From Squalus acanthias (lineage: Eukaryota), in contig CM059431.1 of the NCBI GenBank assembly GCA_030390025.1, forward strand, positions 96,722,001-96,786,000: 64,000 nt of DNA. Direction: 5' to 3'. This document shows positions 63,688 through 64,000 of the stretch, in pieces; the stretch's first letter is position 1; each line of letters opens with the position of its first letter. The position numbers were made by a program, and so were the translations under genes. The notes under the pieces are model-generated. The model was not told where the DNA came from. It was given only the letters and a program-made list of their open reading frames with translations, and did not search any database.

Positions 63688-64000
63688 TGGGGGAAAAATT
63701 CAGCTGCTTGCGCCTCCCGTTAGCGCCTTAAGAGGGCGCTAATGGGGCGTAAAGCAGCTAACGCCCGGGCGCAGCGCCGCCCACGCCTCCCGAAAAATTT
63801 AGTGGGAGGTTAGCGGCGGCGGCGGCAGCCGGTAGCGCCCTGTGGCGCTGCGCCGCCGGCGATGACGTCATCGCCGTGCGCAGCACCCCACTCGCGCCCC
63901 GGTCGTGATCTTCAGTCGCGCCCCCTGATTTACCGCCAGACGCTATGTCCGACGGGTTCAGGGAGGCGTACGTGCGGCCGGGGCGGCGATATTTAAAGGG
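63688..64000. other. CpG-rich segment, probably the start of a GC-rich DNA-transposon-like repeat (truncated by the window edge)
   Basis: Abrupt switch to high GC and CpG after GGGGGAAAAATTC inside an intron; internal short inverted repeat TTAGCGCC..GGCGCTAA. Confidence 0.35.

Overview
Vertebrate genomic DNA. The repeat repertoire (CR1, L2, Deu-domain SINE, Penelope) points to a cartilaginous fish such as a shark; this is inference. Two host genes are arranged head-to-head. ATP11A coding exon 1 (5052-5090, - strand) sits in a CpG island and its intron 1 runs off the left edge. TUBGCP3 coding exons 1-10 (28449-61534, + strand) have GT-AG boundaries and consistent phases, and the gene continues past the right edge. 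Most of the rest is nested transposable elements. The most notable structures are: (1) two families of Penelope-like elements carrying minimal type I hammerhead ribozymes, several inserted as fold-back hairpins with clear target-site duplications; (2) an LTR element with a 1358-bp LTR, a tRNA-Arg primer-binding site and a coiled-coil gag-like ORF; (3) a single-ORF APE-RT LINE with a tRNA-like (Pol III) head; (4) a Vingi/Ingi-like LINE in a multi-level nest; (5) a composite TA-flanked MITE; (6) GC-box minisatellites upstream of both genes. All homology calls are from recalled protein and RNA motifs, not database searches, and boundaries of degenerate repeats are approximate.
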